From Longimicrobium sp. (GTDB lineage: Bacteria; Gemmatimonadota; Gemmatimonadetes; Longimicrobiales; Longimicrobiaceae): 51,949 nt of DNA. Position numbers and translations under genes: made by a program. The stretch spans positions 1 through 51,949 of the forward strand of contig DATAAG010000393.1 of assembly GCA_036260235.1 (NCBI GenBank), in the 5' to 3' direction. Of the stretch, positions 17,601 to 27,931 are shown in pieces (position 1 is the first letter of the stretch; every line of letters begins with the position of its first letter). The notes below the pieces were generated by a model that saw nothing but the letters and a program-made list of their open reading frames with translations, made no database searches and was not told the DNA's origin.

Positions 17601-19250
17601 ATGTCCACCAATCCCGCCGACCTCCTGCGCGATCCCGCGCGCCTGGCCGCGCTCGGCGCCACCCAGCTGGCCGGCACCCCGCCCGAGGAAGCGTTCGACC
17701 GCGTCACCCGGCTGGCCGTGCAGCTGCTGCGCGTGCCCATCTCGCTCCTGTCGCTGGTGGACGGCGAGCGGCAGTGGGTCAAGAGCGCCGCCGGCCTTCC
17801 CGAGGGGCAGGGCGCGCCGCGCAGCATTCCCCTGGGCCGCTCCATCTGCGGCACCGTCGCCGCCACGGGCCGGCCGCTGGTGATCGCCGACGTGGAGGGC
17901 GAGCCGGCCGGGGGCGTGGACGCCGCCATGCGCGGGTGGGGCGTGCGCGCGTACGCGGGCGTGCCGCTGGTCACCCGCGAAGGGCACGCGGTGGGCGTGC
18001 TCTGCGTGGCCGACACGCGGCCCCACCCCTGGAACGACGAGGAGGTGGGCGCGCTGCGCGACCTGGCCGCGCTGGCGGCCACGGAGATCGAGTGGCGCCG
18101 CGCGCGGGCGGAGCGCGACCGCACCAGCGGCGCGCTGCGCACGGCGGAGCAGTTCTTCCGCCCCCTGGTGGAGCAGTCGCTGGTGGCGATCTACCTCATC
18201 CAGGACGGCGTCTTTCGCTACGTGAACCCGCGCTTCCTGCAGGTGTTCGGGCTTCCGGCGGACTGGCTGGACACACCGCGCGGCCTGCTGGAGCTGGTGG
18301 ACCCGCAGGACCACGCGATCGTGCGCGAGAACGTCCGCCGGCGCCTGGCGGGCGAGGTGGAGTCCGTGCAGTACTCCTTCCGCGGCCGCCGCGCGGACGG
18401 CGAGCTCCTCCACCTGGAGGTGCACGGCAGCCGCACCGTGCTGGACGGCCGCCCCGCGGTGGTCGGTGTGGGGATCGACGTCACGGAGCGGATGCGGGCG
18501 GAGCACGAGCGCGAGCAGGCCATCATCGCCCGCGACCGCTTCTACGCGATGATGAGCCACGAGCTGCGCACCCCGGTGAGCGCGGTGATGCTCTACAACG
18601 ACCTCCTCCTCTCCGGCGTCTACGACCCGCTCAGCCAGCCCCAGCGCGAGGCCGTGGAGCGGTCGCAGCTCTCCGCGCGCCACCTGCTGGAGCTGATCAA
18701 CGACCTGCTGGACCTGTCCCGCCTGGAGGCCGGGCGGCTGGAGACGCGGGTGGAGGACGTGGAGACGGCCGAGCTGGCGGAAAGCGTGGTCGCGGCGCTG
18801 TCCCCGCTGGCGCTGGAGCACGGCTGCCACCTCACCGTGCACGTGGCCGCCCGCCCGCTGGTGGTGCTGGGCGACGCCCGGCGGGTGCGGCAGATCCTGC
18901 TCAACCTCCTGTCCAACGCGGTCAAGTTCGGGCACGGGCAGCCGGTGGAGGTGCGGTTGGGGCCCGCGCCCGGCGGCGTGCTCTGCGAGGTGTCGGACCA
19001 CGGCCCCGGCATCCCGCCGGACGACCTGGAGCGCATCTTCGAGGAGTTCGTGCAGGTGGGCGAGCCCGGCGTGGGCACGGGGCTGGGCCTGCCCATCGCC
19101 CGGCGGCTGGCGGAGCTGCAGGGCGGCACCCTGGAGGTGGAGTCGCGCCCCGGCGAGGGGAGCACCTTCCGCCTCTTCCTTCCCGGCGTGCCGCAGGTGG
19201 CGCCTTCGACCGGCTTTCCCTCCTTCCGCTCTTCGGTTACTCTTCGGTAG
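17601..19250 (+). CDS. GAF-PAS sensor histidine kinase
   Basis: GAF (PEEAFDRVTRLA...YAGVPL...GVLCVAD), PAS, H-box MSHELRTP, N-box NLLSNAVKF, G-boxes DHGPGI and GTGLGL. Confidence 0.9.
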   Translation: MSTNPADLLRDPARLAALGATQLAGTPPEEAFDRVTRLAVQLLRVPISLLSLVDGERQWVKSAAGLPEGQGAPRSIPLGRSICGTVAATGRPLVIADVEGEPAGGVDAAMRGWGVRAYAGVPLVTREGHAVGVLCVADTRPHPWNDEEVGALRDLAALAATEIEWRRARAERDRTSGALRTAEQFFRPLVEQSLVAIYLIQDGVFRYVNPRFLQVFGLPADWLDTPRGLLELVDPQDHAIVRENVRRRLAGEVESVQYSFRGRRADGELLHLEVHGSRTVLDGRPAVVGVGIDVTERMRAEHEREQAIIARDRFYAMMSHELRTPVSAVMLYNDLLLSGVYDPLSQPQREAVERSQLSARHLLELINDLLDLSRLEAGRLETRVEDVETAELAESVVAALSPLALEHGCHLTVHVAARPLVVLGDARRVRQILLNLLSNAVKFGHGQPVEVRLGPAPGGVLCEVSDHGPGIPPDDLERIFEEFVQVGEPGVGTGLGLPIARRLAELQGGTLEVESRPGEGSTFRLFLPGVPQVAPSTGFPSFRSSVTLR

Positions 19251-19354
19251 GCGCGGCTGGCGGGCTCCGGAGACCGGGGCTACGGCGGGGGGCGCGCGGA
19301 GGTTATCTTTCCGGGTTCCGCGTTCCGCCTGGCGCAGCACTCCCGACCCGCTGG

Positions 19355-21736
19355 ATGAACTCGCACGCCCTGAACGTCCTGGAGTACCGCGAGGCGCTGG
19401 ACCTCGTGGCGCGCTACGCCTCGTCCGCGCTGGGCGCGGAGGCGGTGCGCGCGCTGTCGCCCAGCGCCGACCTGGGGTTCATCGAGCCGGAGCTGGCGCG
19501 GGTGGAGGAGATGCGCGGCTTCCTGCGCGGCGACTCCGGGTGGTCCGTCCCCGCCATCCCCGACGTGCGCGAGGCGCTGCGCCGGCTGCGCATCGAAGGC
19601 TCGGTGCTGGACGGGCCGCAGCTGCGCGACGTGGGGGTGCTGCTGGCGTCCTCGCGCACCACCCGCCGCGCGCTGGGGCAGAACGCCGCCGCGCTCCCGC
19701 TGCTGGCGCTGGTCGCGGGCGGGCTGGTGGAGCGGGAGAAGGACGAGGCGGAGATCGCGCGCACGGTGGACGACGCCGGGCTGGTGCGCGACGAGGCATC
19801 GCCGGCGCTGTACCGGGCGCGGCGGGAGATCAAGAGCACCCGCGGCAGGCTGGTGGAGCGGCTGGCGGCGTTCATGGCCCAGCTGCCGCCGCACCTGCAG
19901 GTGTCCGACGCGTCCGTGACGGTGCGCGAGGGGCGCTACGTGATCCCCGTGCGGCGCGAGGGGCGCGGCGAGGTGGGCGGCATCGTCCACGACGAGTCGG
20001 CCACGGGCGCCACGCTCTTCATCGAGCCGCCCGTGGCGGTGGAGATGATGAACCGCCTGCGCACGCTGGAGGCGGAAGAGGCGCGCGAGGTCACCCGCAT
20101 CCTCCGCGAGCTCACCGGCCGGCTGCGCCCGCTGCAGCCGGAGCTGCTGGCGGCGCTGGACGCGCTGGTGGCGCTGGACTCGCTGTACGCGCGCGCCCGC
20201 TACGCGCTGCGCACGGACGGCCGCGCGCCGCGGATGATGGAGGCGGGAACGGAGGAGTACGAGGTGGTGCGCGGCTACCACCCCATCCTGCTGGCGCAGT
20301 CGTCCGACGTGGTGCCGTTCGACCTGCGGATGGACCGGGGCGAGCGCACGCTGCTCATCTCCGGCCCCAACACGGGCGGCAAGACGGTGCTGCTCAAGGC
20401 CATGGGGCTCATCTCGCTGCTGGCGCAGAGCGGGGTGGTGCCGCCCGTGGCGCAGGGGACGCGCCTCCCCGTCTTCCGCGACGTCTTCGCCGACGTGGGC
20501 GACGAGCAGTCCATCGAGGCGTCGCTGTCCACCTTCTCCGCGCACCTGAAGAACCTGCGCGAGGTGCTGGAGCGGGCGGACTGGCAGTCGCTGGTGCTCA
20601 CGGACGAGATCGGCAGCGGCACGGACCCGCAGGAGGGGGCGGCGCTCGCCCGGGCGGTGCTGGTGGAGCTGACGCGCCGCTCCTGCTTCACCGTCGCCAC
20701 CACGCACCTGGGGCAGCTCAAGCTGCTGGCGACGGAGGAGCGGGGGATCGTGAACGCGTCGCTGCAGTTCGACGCGGAGCGGCTGCAGCCCACCTACCGG
20801 CTGCTCAAGGGGATCCCCGGCCGCTCGTACGGGCTGGCCATCGCGCGGCGGCTGGGGCTGGAGCCGCGGCTGCTGCAAGAGGCGGAGGCCACGCTTCCCG
20901 CGGGCGAGCGCGACGTCGCCCGGCTGCTGCTGGATTTGGAGGCCAAGGAGCAGCGCTTCGCCGCGCAGAACGACGAGCTGGCGCGGCGGCTGGCGGAGAC
21001 CGAGGCGCTGCGGGAAGCGCTGGAGTCGCGCGAGCGCGAGCTGAAGCAGCGGGAGAAGGACGCGGAGCGCCGCGCGCGGCAGCAGGCGCGCGACCTGTTG
21101 CTGCAGTCGCGTGCCGAGGTGGAGGCCGCCATCCGCGAGGTGCGCGACGCCGCGGACGCCGAGACGCTGGAAGCGGCGGCGCGCGCCGCCCGGCGGCGGG
21201 TGGAGGAGGCGGCCACCCGCCAGCGCGAAAAGCAGCCCGCGGAGCGTCCGGCGCGGAGCGGCGGGGGGCGCAAGCGCGGCCCCGTGCAGCTGGAGCCGGG
21301 AGCCCGAGTCCGGATCGAGTCGCTGGGGCGTACGGGGACCGTGGTGGACGTGCGCGACGGCAAGGCGATGGTGGAGGCCGGCTCCATGCGCCTGCTGCTG
21401 CCGCGCGAGGACCTCACGCCGCTGGCCGCGGGCGACCAGCAGGCGGAGCCGCGGCCGCGCCCCTCGGCGGGGTACGTGAACGCGGGGGCGGAGGCGCGGC
21501 CGGAGGTGGACCTGCGCGGGCTGCGGCCGGACGAGGTGGACGTGCTGCTGGGTCGCGCGATCGACAGCGCCATCCTGGCGGGGCTGCCGTCGTTCCGCAT
21601 CATCCACGGCAAGGGGACGGGGGCGCTGCGGGCGCACGTGCGCAAGCTGCTGGAGAAGGACCGCCGCATCTCCGTGCAGCGTCCCGGCGAGCTCTTCGAG
21701 GGCGGGACGGGGGTGACGGTGGTGGAGTTCGCGTAG
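19355..21736 (+). CDS. mutS2: Endonuclease MutS2 with KOW and Smr domains
   Basis: GIVHDESATGATLFIEP, ISGPNTGGKT, DEQSIEASLSTFS, DEIGSGTDP, Smr IIHGKGTG. Confidence 0.95.
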   Translation: MNSHALNVLEYREALDLVARYASSALGAEAVRALSPSADLGFIEPELARVEEMRGFLRGDSGWSVPAIPDVREALRRLRIEGSVLDGPQLRDVGVLLASSRTTRRALGQNAAALPLLALVAGGLVEREKDEAEIARTVDDAGLVRDEASPALYRARREIKSTRGRLVERLAAFMAQLPPHLQVSDASVTVREGRYVIPVRREGRGEVGGIVHDESATGATLFIEPPVAVEMMNRLRTLEAEEAREVTRILRELTGRLRPLQPELLAALDALVALDSLYARARYALRTDGRAPRMMEAGTEEYEVVRGYHPILLAQSSDVVPFDLRMDRGERTLLISGPNTGGKTVLLKAMGLISLLAQSGVVPPVAQGTRLPVFRDVFADVGDEQSIEASLSTFSAHLKNLREVLERADWQSLVLTDEIGSGTDPQEGAALARAVLVELTRRSCFTVATTHLGQLKLLATEERGIVNASLQFDAERLQPTYRLLKGIPGRSYGLAIARRLGLEPRLLQEAEATLPAGERDVARLLLDLEAKEQRFAAQNDELARRLAETEALREALESRERELKQREKDAERRARQQARDLLLQSRAEVEAAIREVRDAADAETLEAAARAARRRVEEAATRQREKQPAERPARSGGGRKRGPVQLEPGARVRIESLGRTGTVVDVRDGKAMVEAGSMRLLLPREDLTPLAAGDQQAEPRPRPSAGYVNAGAEARPEVDLRGLRPDEVDVLLGRAIDSAILAGLPSFRIIHGKGTGALRAHVRKLLEKDRRISVQRPGELFEGGTGVTVVEFA

Positions 21737-21800
21737 GGGGCCCGCCCCCGGCGGCGCCTGGCGCGCGCCACCCCCTCCCGCAAACCGCGCGGGAGGGGGG
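21733..21800 (+). repeat. GTAG-initiated REP-like palindrome
   Basis: gtagggggcccgcccccgg...ccccctcccgc-aaacc-gcgcgggaggggg; GTAG overlaps the mutS2 stop; homologous to 50910-50975 and, inverted, 24091-24152. Confidence 0.75.
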
Positions 21801-21902
21801 ATGAACTTCGACGGGGTCCAGCGCACGGTCGTGGGGGGTGAGGGTCCCCCTCGCGCTCCCGCCGCCCCGATGCCGTGCACAGAACAGAGAACCAGGCGAG
21901 AG

Positions 21903-21940
21903 CGCACTCACGCACTCACGCACTCACGCACTCACGCACT
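21903..21940. repeat. Octamer tandem repeat (CGCACTCA)x4.75
   Basis: Seen directly just upstream of the dnaG start. Confidence 0.9.
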
Positions 21941-21948
21941 TTCAACCC

Positions 21949-23850
21949 TTGCCCATCCCGGACCACCTCGTCGAAGAGATCCGGCAGCGCGCCGACCTCG
22001 TGGAGATCCTCTCGGAGCACACGCGCCTCAAGCGCACCGGGAAGACCTGGCGGGGACCGTGCCCGCTGCACGGCGGCGAGGGGCCCAACTTCTCGGTGGA
22101 CCCGGCCAAGGGCTTCTACAAGTGCTTCGTCTGCGGCGAGGCGGGGACGGTCTACAACTTCCTGATGAAGCAGCTCGGGATGACCTTTCCCGAGGCGGTG
22201 CGCTGGACGGCGGGACGCGTGGGAATCGAGGTGCCCGACGAGCGCGAGCAGCGCCGCGACCGCGAGGACGACCCCAACCGCGTGCTGTACGAGGTCAACG
22301 CCTTCGCGGCGCAGTGGTTCCGCGAGCAGCTGGCCGCGCCCGGCGGGCAGCGGGCGCGCGAGTACCTGGAGCGCCGCGGCATCACGCCCGAGACGGTGGA
22401 GCGCTTCGGCCTGGGTTGGGCGCCGGAGTCGTACGACGCGTTCGGCACGGCGGCGCGCAGGGCGGGCTTCCACACCGCCGACCTGCTCGCCGTGGGGCTG
22501 GTGAAGGAGGCCAAGAAGACCGGGCGCGAGCCGTACGACGCCTTCCGCGGGCGCGTCATCTTTCCCATCGAGGACCTGGGCGGGCGGGTGCTGGCCTTCG
22601 GCGGCCGGGTGATCGAGCAGGTGGAGGAGCACGTTCCCAAGTACCTCAACTCCCCCGAATCGCCCATCTACCACAAGGGGAGCACGCTGTACGGGCTGGG
22701 GTGGAGCCGCGGCGCCATCCGGCGCGAAGAGGTGGCGCTCGTGGTCGAGGGGTACATGGACTACGTGTCGCTGGCGGCGCACGGGGTGCCCAACGCGGTG
22801 GCGCCGCTGGGGACGGCGATGACCGAGGAGCAGGCGGCGCTCATCGCCAACTACACCTCGCGCGCCATCCTGCTGTACGACAGCGACAAGGCGGGGCTGA
22901 AGGCCACCTTCCGCAACGGCGACCAGCTGCTGCGCGCGGGGGTGGAGGTGCTGGTGGCCACGCTGCCGGAGGGCGAGGATCCCGACTCGCTGGTGCGCGC
23001 CCAGGGCGCCGACGCGCTGCGCCGCTACCTGGCCGACGCCATCGACGTGATGGAGCGCAAGCTCCAGCTGCTGGACCGCAAGGGGCTGTTCACCAGCATC
23101 AAGGGGACGCGCCGGGCCATCGACGTGCTGCTCCCCACCGTCCGCGCGGCGAAGGACCAGGTGCTGCGCGGCGTGTACCTCAAGCGAATCAGCGACCGCA
23201 CCGGCGTGCCGGTGGAGACGCTGGAGCGCGAGGCGGCGGCGGTGCAGGAGCTCCCCCGCACCTTCGCCCAGGTGCACGACGAGCGCCGGCGCGAGGAGGC
23301 GTACGGGCGGCGGCAGGGGGACCGGCCGGACGGGCGGCCACGCTTCATGGGGCGGCCGGGAGCCGCGCAGGTGCGGGTGCGCATGGGCGCCGAGCGCAAC
23401 CTGCTGATGATGATGTTCCACTCCGAGCACTGGGTGGCGCAGTCGGCGGAGTTCGTGGGCCCCGACGAGTTCCAGGACCCCGACTACCGCCGGCTGTACC
23501 GCGTGCTGCTGGAGACGGAGGGGCGGCGCGACCCCGAGGGGCGGTGGCTGCTGGAGTTTCCCGAGGACCTGGCCGCCGACGTGGAGGCGGTGCGCCACGA
23601 CGCGCAGCACCACGACTGGAGCGGCGCGCCCGCGTTCTTCGCCGAGAACATGGACAAGCTGCTGGCGCGGCCGATGGAGCGTGAGATCCGCGAGCTCAAG
23701 CACGACGCGCCCACCGGCGACGACATGGATCCGGAGATCCTGGCGCGGATGACCCAGCAGCTGGCGTTCCGGCGTGAGAACAAGCACCTCAAGATCAAGC
23801 CGGGCGTCCTGGACCCCGACGATCCCATCCTGAGCCGCGAGCGGAGGTGA
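21949..23850 (+). CDS. dnaG: DNA primase (TTG start inferred)
   Basis: Zn finger CPLH...CFVC, FRGRVIFPI, FGGR, KYLNSPES, VVEGYMD, TOPRIM YDSDKAG, DPD. Confidence 0.95.
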   Translation: MPIPDHLVEEIRQRADLVEILSEHTRLKRTGKTWRGPCPLHGGEGPNFSVDPAKGFYKCFVCGEAGTVYNFLMKQLGMTFPEAVRWTAGRVGIEVPDEREQRRDREDDPNRVLYEVNAFAAQWFREQLAAPGGQRAREYLERRGITPETVERFGLGWAPESYDAFGTAARRAGFHTADLLAVGLVKEAKKTGREPYDAFRGRVIFPIEDLGGRVLAFGGRVIEQVEEHVPKYLNSPESPIYHKGSTLYGLGWSRGAIRREEVALVVEGYMDYVSLAAHGVPNAVAPLGTAMTEEQAALIANYTSRAILLYDSDKAGLKATFRNGDQLLRAGVEVLVATLPEGEDPDSLVRAQGADALRRYLADAIDVMERKLQLLDRKGLFTSIKGTRRAIDVLLPTVRAAKDQVLRGVYLKRISDRTGVPVETLEREAAAVQELPRTFAQVHDERRREEAYGRRQGDRPDGRPRFMGRPGAAQVRVRMGAERNLLMMMFHSEHWVAQSAEFVGPDEFQDPDYRRLYRVLLETEGRRDPEGRWLLEFPEDLAADVEAVRHDAQHHDWSGAPAFFAENMDKLLARPMEREIRELKHDAPTGDDMDPEILARMTQQLAFRRENKHLKIKPGVLDPDDPILSRERR

Positions 23851-23854
23851 GGGC

Positions 23855-23911
23855 GAGTGCGTGAGTGCGGAGTCACCGCGCAGCTACTCACGCACTCACG
23901 CACTCACGCAC
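23855..23911. repeat. Inward-facing octamer arrays (TGAGTGCG ... CGCACTCA) forming a hairpin after dnaG
   Basis: gagtgcgtgagtgcggagt ... actcacgcactcacgcactcacgcact. Confidence 0.8.
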
Positions 23912-24090
23912 TGGTTGTTCCGGGCGCGCATCCCTCAACCAACAGGTGACCGGGGACGGGTTGCAGGCTGCAGCCTGGTGTCCGAACTCGCCGTCCTCCC
24001 TCCCCCACGCAGTTTGTGGGGGAGGGCCGGGGAGGGGGCCCGCCCCTCGCGCGCGGCCTGCAGATGCACACGAGACCCTCCGCCGTTTAT

Positions 24091-24152
24091 CCCCCCTCCC
24101 GCGCAGTTTGCGGGAGGGGGTGGACGAGCCTGAGCGAGGCCGGGGGCGGGCC
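24091..24152 (-). repeat. REP-like palindrome, inverted copy of 50914-50975
   Basis: About 60 nt matching the reverse complement of the 50.9 kb copy with one internal mismatch; a related hairpin lies at ~23996-24038. Confidence 0.8.
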
Positions 24153-24232
24153 TCACCGGGCGGGCCCCTCCCGATCTCGCGCGTCCCGCCGTACCTTCCG
24201 GAATCCATCCATCTCCCGGATTCCGACGCAGG

Positions 24233-25327
24233 ATGCCGACGCCCCGCACCTTCCACGACCTCGACACGCCCGTCCCGCTGGTGGACGTGGACCGCATGCA
24301 CGCCAACCTGCGCCGCGCGGCGGAGTACTGCCGCGTGCACGGGCTGGCGTGGCGGCCGCACGCCAAGACGCACAAGAGCCCGGCCCTCGCGGCCGAGCAG
24401 GTGCGCGCCGGCGCCGTGGGCGTCACCGTCGCCACGCCGCGCGAGGCGGAGGTGATGGCGCAGGCGGTGGGCGACCTGCTGCTCGCCTATCCGCCCGTGG
24501 GCGCGGCGAAGCTGGCGCGGCTGATGGCGCTCCCCGAACGCGTGCGGCTCTCCGTCGGCCTGGACTCGGCGGAGGCGCTGCGGGGACTGGCGGCGGCCGC
24601 GGGCGGGGCGGGGCGGCCCGTCCGCGTGCTGGTGGAGGTGGACGCGGGGATGGGGCGCGTCGGCGTGCAGTCGCCCGATGACGCGGTGGCGCTGGCGCGC
24701 GCGGCCGCGGACGAGAAGGGGGTGGAGTACGGCGGCGTGATGTTCTACCCCGGCCACGTCCGCCAGCAGGTGGAGCGGCAGGACGACGCGATCCGCGCGC
24801 TGAACGAGCGGATCGGACGGGCGCTGGAGGCGCTGGAGGCGGCGGGGCTGGCGCCGGCGGTGGTCAGCGGCGGGTCCACGCCCACCTTCTGGCGCTCGCA
24901 CGAGATCGCCGGGCTTACCGAGGTGCGGCCGGGGACCAGCATCTTCAACGACCGCACCACGGCCGAGATCGGCGCCTGCGCGTGGGACGAGAACGCGTAC
25001 TCCGTCCTGACGACGGTCGTCTCCACTGCGGTGCCGGGGCAGGCGGTGGTGGACGCGGGCTCCAAGGCGCTGTCGAAGGAGGAGATCCGCGCCGACACCG
25101 TCGGCTACGGCGCGCTGCTGGACCGGCCGGAGGTGGTGGTGAAGTCCGTCTCCGAGGAGCACGGGCTCCTGGACCTGTCGGGCACCGCGTGGCGGCCGCG
25201 CATCGGGGAGCGGGTGCGCATCGTCCCCAACCACGTGTGCGTCTCCGTCAACCTGCACGAGCGCCTCTACGCCGTCCGCGGCGACGAGGTCGTGGACGTG
25301 TGGGAGGTCGCCGCCCGCGGCCGCTGA
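24233..25327 (+). CDS. PLP-dependent D-threonine aldolase/D-serine dehydratase (DSD1, alanine racemase fold) family enzyme
   Basis: DTP..VD, RPHAKTHK (PLP Lys), SGGSTPT, EVRPG, DAGSK, SEEHG, PNHVC..NL. Confidence 0.9.
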   Translation: MPTPRTFHDLDTPVPLVDVDRMHANLRRAAEYCRVHGLAWRPHAKTHKSPALAAEQVRAGAVGVTVATPREAEVMAQAVGDLLLAYPPVGAAKLARLMALPERVRLSVGLDSAEALRGLAAAAGGAGRPVRVLVEVDAGMGRVGVQSPDDAVALARAAADEKGVEYGGVMFYPGHVRQQVERQDDAIRALNERIGRALEALEAAGLAPAVVSGGSTPTFWRSHEIAGLTEVRPGTSIFNDRTTAEIGACAWDENAYSVLTTVVSTAVPGQAVVDAGSKALSKEEIRADTVGYGALLDRPEVVVKSVSEEHGLLDLSGTAWRPRIGERVRIVPNHVCVSVNLHERLYAVRGDEVVDVWEVAARGR

Positions 25328-25340
25328 TCCGGAGGACACC

Positions 25341-25574
25341 GTGAGCCGGTCCCGACGACGCACCCCGATCCGCGGCATGAGCACCGCGGATTCCGAGAAG
25401 CAGGACAAGCGCATCGCCAACCGCAGGCTGCGGCGCAAGGTGCGCGTGGCGATCCGCGTCGATGCGGAGGGGGAGCTTCCCGTGCGGCGGGCGGTGAGCA
25501 ACCCGTGGTGCATGGACAAGGACGGCAAGACGCGCTTCGACCCGGCGCGCCATCCGAAGGACATGCGCAAGTAG
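25341..25574 (+). CDS. Small basic hypothetical protein (77 aa)
   Basis: RBS GGAGG, GTG start; MSRSRRRTPI...SEKQDKRIANRRLRR...NPWCMDKDGK. Confidence 0.7.
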   Translation: MSRSRRRTPIRGMSTADSEKQDKRIANRRLRRKVRVAIRVDAEGELPVRRAVSNPWCMDKDGKTRFDPARHPKDMRK

Positions 25575-25639
25575 GCGACTGCCCCGCATCCACCCCCGCG
25601 GCTATATTCAGGCGGATCGCCCACTTCCACGCCGCGCGC

Positions 25640-26175
25640 ATGGGCCTGCTTCTGCGCCTGGTCCTGGTCGTGCTGCGCGCGCGGCGCGGACCGCTGGAAT
25701 CCGTCATCCACGCGCGCGTGCTGCCCACGAGCCCGGACCTCAACTTCTGCCTGAACGACGGCCGCTGCCTGACGCTGATGGACCTGGGCCGCGTGGACCT
25801 GATGGTGCGGACCGGCATGGTGGGCGAGCGGTGGCGCCGGCGCTGGAAGCCGGTCATCGCCTCCGCCACCATCCGTTTCCGGCATCCCCTTGGCCCGTGG
25901 CGGCGCTTCGTCGCCGGGCGCGGCTGCTCTGCGGGGACGACCGCCGGGTGTACCTGGAGCAGCGCTTCACCCGGGGCGGCGACGAGGCGGCGCGGGCGGT
26001 GGTGAAGGCGGCGCTCACCGGCCCGGAGGGGCGCGTGCTGCCGCAGCAGCTGGTGGACGCCTCGCCCTGGCGGCTGGACTCGGCGCGGATGCCGGAGGGC
26101 GTGCGCCGGCGGGTGGAGGCGGAGGCGGCGATCCGGGCAGACGTACCGCGCAGGGAGCATGAGCCGATTGGATGA
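25640..26175 (+). pseudogene. Frameshifted acyl-CoA thioesterase (hotdog fold)
   Basis: N-half ...DLNFCLNDGRCLTLMDLGR...ATIRFRHPL in one frame; C-half RLLCGDDRRVYLEQRF in another; shift near 25913. The catalytic motif also looks degenerate. Confidence 0.7.
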
Positions 26176-27931
26176 CGCCTCGCTGGAGGCGCGCCTGGAG
26201 CGCCTGGAGCGCCTGGTCGACGAGCTGAGCCGCCGCCTTCCACCGCCGTCGGACGAGGGGGAGCGCCGGGCGGCCGCCGCAGCTGCCGCCGAGGCCGCGG
26301 AGCCGCCGCGCCGCCGCGCCCGCGACGCGGTGCGCGACCGCGCGCGGGAGTGGATGCCGGAGAACGCACGCGGCCTCTTCTCCTGGGACGGCCAGACGTG
26401 GCTCAACCGGCTCGGCATCGTGCTCCTGCTGCTGGGGGTGGCGCTCCTCTTCCGCTACTCCATCGAGGAGGGGTGGCTCACGCCGGCCGTGCGCGTGGGC
26501 TTCGGCGCGGCGGTGGGGGCGGTGCTCACCGCGCTGGGGCTGCGGATGGACGAGCGCCGGCGCTTCGGCTCGGTGCTGCTGGGCGGGGGCATCGCCACCT
26601 TCTACATCACGGGATGGGCCGCCTTCGTCCTCTACCGGCTGGTCGGCTACCCGGTGGCCTTCGCGGGGATGGTGGCGATCACGGCGGGCGCCTTCGGGAC
26701 GGCGCTGTGGCGGGGGCAGCCGGCGCTGGCCATCGTGGGCGCGTTCGGCGGGCTGGGGACGCCGCTGATCCTGGGGATCTCGTACGCCACCCCGCGCGGG
26801 CTGGCCTTCTACACCTCCGCCGTGCTGGCGTGGACGGTGGTGCCGTACCTGCGGCGCGGGTGGCGGCTGGTGCTGTGGACGTCCATGGCGTTCGGCTGGG
26901 CGCTGCTGGCCTCGTACGCCAACGCGTTCTCCGCCGCGCTGGCCCGCCCGGGGAATGCGCGGGCGTGGATGCAGGCGGCGGCGGTCTTCGCCTGGATCGT
27001 CCTGGGCGTGCTGCCGCTGCTGCGCCGCGTGGCCACCACCGACGCCGCCCGCCGCGCCTCGCCGGACGGGCGGCCGCACGAGCGGCACTGGCGCCACCGC
27101 GAGGCGCTGCACTGGTACGGCGTGTCGATCGTGGCGCCCGCGATGTTCGTGGCCACCACGGCGCTGGTCTGGCGGATGGAGGCGGCGGAGTGGGGGGCGC
27201 TGGGGGCGGGCGCGGCGGCGCTCTACGCGCTGGGCGCGTGGACGCTGTGGCGGCGGGACGCGCGGCTGGCGCGGGTGCTCCTGTTCGCCGCGGCGGTGCT
27301 GCTGCCGGCGGGGTGCCTGGGCGCGCTGCAGGCCGAGGCGTTGCTGGTGGCGCTCGCCGCGCAGGCGCTGGCGCTGCACCTGCTGGCCCGCGCCGGCGCC
27401 GGCCTGGCGATCCGCTGGCTGGCGCACCGGGGCTCCCTGGCCGTGGGCGCGTGGGTGCTCTTCCGGCTGGTGGAGAGCGCCGACGTCAGCCCGCGCCGCG
27501 TGGCGGCGGACCTGGCGGCGATCGGGGCCGGCTTCGCGGCGTCGTACCTCATGCGCACGCGCCGCGAGATGCTCACGTACCGCATCTGGGCCCACGTCGC
27601 CGTGCTCGGCTGGATCTGGCGGCAGCTGGCGCAGCTGGAGGGCGGGCAGGGGTACGCGACCATGGCGTGGGGCGCCTGGGGGCTCGGGCTGCTGCTGCTG
27701 GCGCTGCGGCAGGGGTGGCCCACGGCGGAGCGCATCGCCATCTGCACGCTGCTGGCGACCGTGGCCAAGCTGTTCCTGGTGGACCTGGAGCGCCTGGACC
27801 CGCTCTTCCGCGTGCTGCTCTTCCTGGGCTTCGGTGCGGTGTTCCTGTACTTCAGCTACTCCCTCTCCGGCGGCTGGCCCTCCCGGGGCGACGGCGAGCC
27901 GGAGCCCCGGCCCGCGGGGCGCGACGCATGA
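26159..27931 (+). CDS. DUF2339-type predicted membrane protein
   Basis: N-terminal coiled coil, WLNRLGIVLLLLGV..LFRYSIEEGWLTP..RV, many TM helices, C-terminal KLFLVDL..L..LFRV. Confidence 0.85.
   Translation: MSRLDDASLEARLERLERLVDELSRRLPPPSDEGERRAAAAAAAEAAEPPRRRARDAVRDRAREWMPENARGLFSWDGQTWLNRLGIVLLLLGVALLFRYSIEEGWLTPAVRVGFGAAVGAVLTALGLRMDERRRFGSVLLGGGIATFYITGWAAFVLYRLVGYPVAFAGMVAITAGAFGTALWRGQPALAIVGAFGGLGTPLILGISYATPRGLAFYTSAVLAWTVVPYLRRGWRLVLWTSMAFGWALLASYANAFSAALARPGNARAWMQAAAVFAWIVLGVLPLLRRVATTDAARRASPDGRPHERHWRHREALHWYGVSIVAPAMFVATTALVWRMEAAEWGALGAGAAALYALGAWTLWRRDARLARVLLFAAAVLLPAGCLGALQAEALLVALAAQALALHLLARAGAGLAIRWLAHRGSLAVGAWVLFRLVESADVSPRRVAADLAAIGAGFAASYLMRTRREMLTYRIWAHVAVLGWIWRQLAQLEGGQGYATMAWGAWGLGLLLLALRQGWPTAERIAICTLLATVAKLFLVDLERLDPLFRVLLFLGFGAVFLYFSYSLSGGWPSRGDGEPEPRPAGRDA

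Noticed and set aside
17528-21736. 1402-aa ORF suggesting a kinase-MutS2 fusion
   Set aside because: The first ~610 codons are an off-frame shadow of the kinase gene; MutS2 homology begins at ATG 19355.
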